Assembly (NCBI GenBank): GCA_030531905.1
Contig: JAUNMG010000003.1
Span: forward strand, 3,641-67,640
Origin: a bacterium
GTDB taxonomy: Bacteria; Bacillota_I; Bacilli_A; RF39; UBA660
Direction: 5' to 3'
Length of the DNA: 64,000 bases
Part shown: positions 63,672 through 64,000 of the stretch, in pieces
Layout of the letters: the number at the start of each line of letters is the position of its first letter
Numbering within the stretch: the stretch's first letter is position 1
Notes under the pieces: generated by a model
Databases searched by the model: none
Told to the model about the DNA's origin: nothing
The model's input: only the letters and a program-made list of their open reading frames with translations
Made by a program: the position numbers and the translations under genes

Positions 63672-64000
63672 TTAATTGAAGTATTTTATAACACCTTCAA
63701 CAAGCGCTTTAGAAAATTTTTCTTGATACCACTTAGTTTTTAATAAATAACGATCATTTTTGTTAGAAAGAAAACCACATTCTACTAAGACACCCACTAC
63801 ATTAGTATTCCTATACATATAAAGATTTGTCGTTTTTAAATCTCTTGTTTTTATATTATTATTGGTTAAGGATTCTTTTAAATTAGTAGCTAAAACTTTA
63901 TTATTTTTGTTGATATTATTATATAGTATTTCTGCTCCTCCATAGTAATAATCTTTATACCAATTTAAATGAATAGATAAATATAAATCACTTTTCTTTT
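63672..64000 (-). CDS. N-acetylmuramoyl-L-alanine amidase (Amidase_3, CwlD-like), C-terminal part; gene runs off the right edge
   Basis: The reverse-strand frame is open from the window edge: ...DLYLSIHLNWYKDYYYGGAEILYNN...NVVGVLVECGFLSNKNDRYLL...ALVEGVIKYFN, with the stop at 63672-63674. It is not in the ORF track because no start lies inside the window. Confidence 0.75.
   Translation of the reverse strand, partial: KKSDLYLSIHLNWYKDYYYGGAEILYNNINKNNKVLATNLKESLTNNNIKTRDLKTTNLYMYRNTNVVGVLVECGFLSNKNDRYLLKTKWYQEKFSKALVEGVIKYFN

Noticed and set aside
1-64000. Scan for rRNA, tRNA, CRISPR arrays, IS transposases, riboswitches and T-boxes.
   Set aside because: No cloverleaf-like GC-rich segments, regularly spaced direct repeats or DDE/IS-type ORFs were found. 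No conserved riboswitch cores were recognised by eye. Absence cannot be proven without covariance-model scans.

Overview
All family calls below come from reading motifs by eye; no searches were run.

This is a very AT-rich chromosomal segment from an endospore-forming Firmicute. No rRNA, tRNA, CRISPR array or transposase was recognised.

**1 to 28.8 kb: mostly minus-strand core and sporulation genes.**
- spoVAC-spoVAD-spoVAE.
- A SpoIIAA-like STAS gene followed directly by a SigF-like sigma gene, with no spoIIAB between them.
- VanW, a DAG-kinase-family lipid kinase, two DD-carboxypeptidases and UvdE.
- A sortase paired with a thioester-domain adhesin.
- pdp, and an SsbB-like SSB.
- A csoR-like repressor, a ttcA-like PP-loop gene and sufCDSUB.
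- HIT, two unannotated tiny YjcZ-like peptides, prsA, a Ca-type P-type ATPase and an hsp20 with a CIRCE-like operator.

**28.9 to 49.0 kb: accessory DNA, the most interesting part.**
- A CwlC-like N-acetylmuramoyl-L-alanine amidase gene (Amidase_3 plus 3 LysM) lies in three colinear pieces. The pieces are at 48983-48933, 38339-38109 and 30722-29952.
- Two independent elements split it, each carrying a large serine recombinase.
- Element A (about 7.4 kb, 30723-38108) carries a Fic / MazG-like / PD-(D/E)xK-DUF2075 helicase operon. It also carries an isolated two-gene module of unknown function.
- Element B (about 10.6 kb, 38340-48932) looks like an integrative mobilizable element. It has a MobV relaxase, a candidate oriT in a hairpin-rich GC-elevated spacer, XRE switches, a DEDDh exonuclease-BRCT fusion and several orphan genes.
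- A solitary TIR-domain gene sits just outside the split gene.

**49 to 64 kb.**
- mtnN.
- A secreted-protein operon with a membrane-domain::SipW-type signal peptidase fusion, plus a frameshifted last gene.
- htrA translationally coupled to an Abi_2 gene.
- A Zn phospholipase C family gene and a SpoIID-like gene.
- A type VII secretion block (EssC, an EsaB/YukD-like protein, small helical proteins).
- The 3' end of a second, intact Amidase_3 gene.
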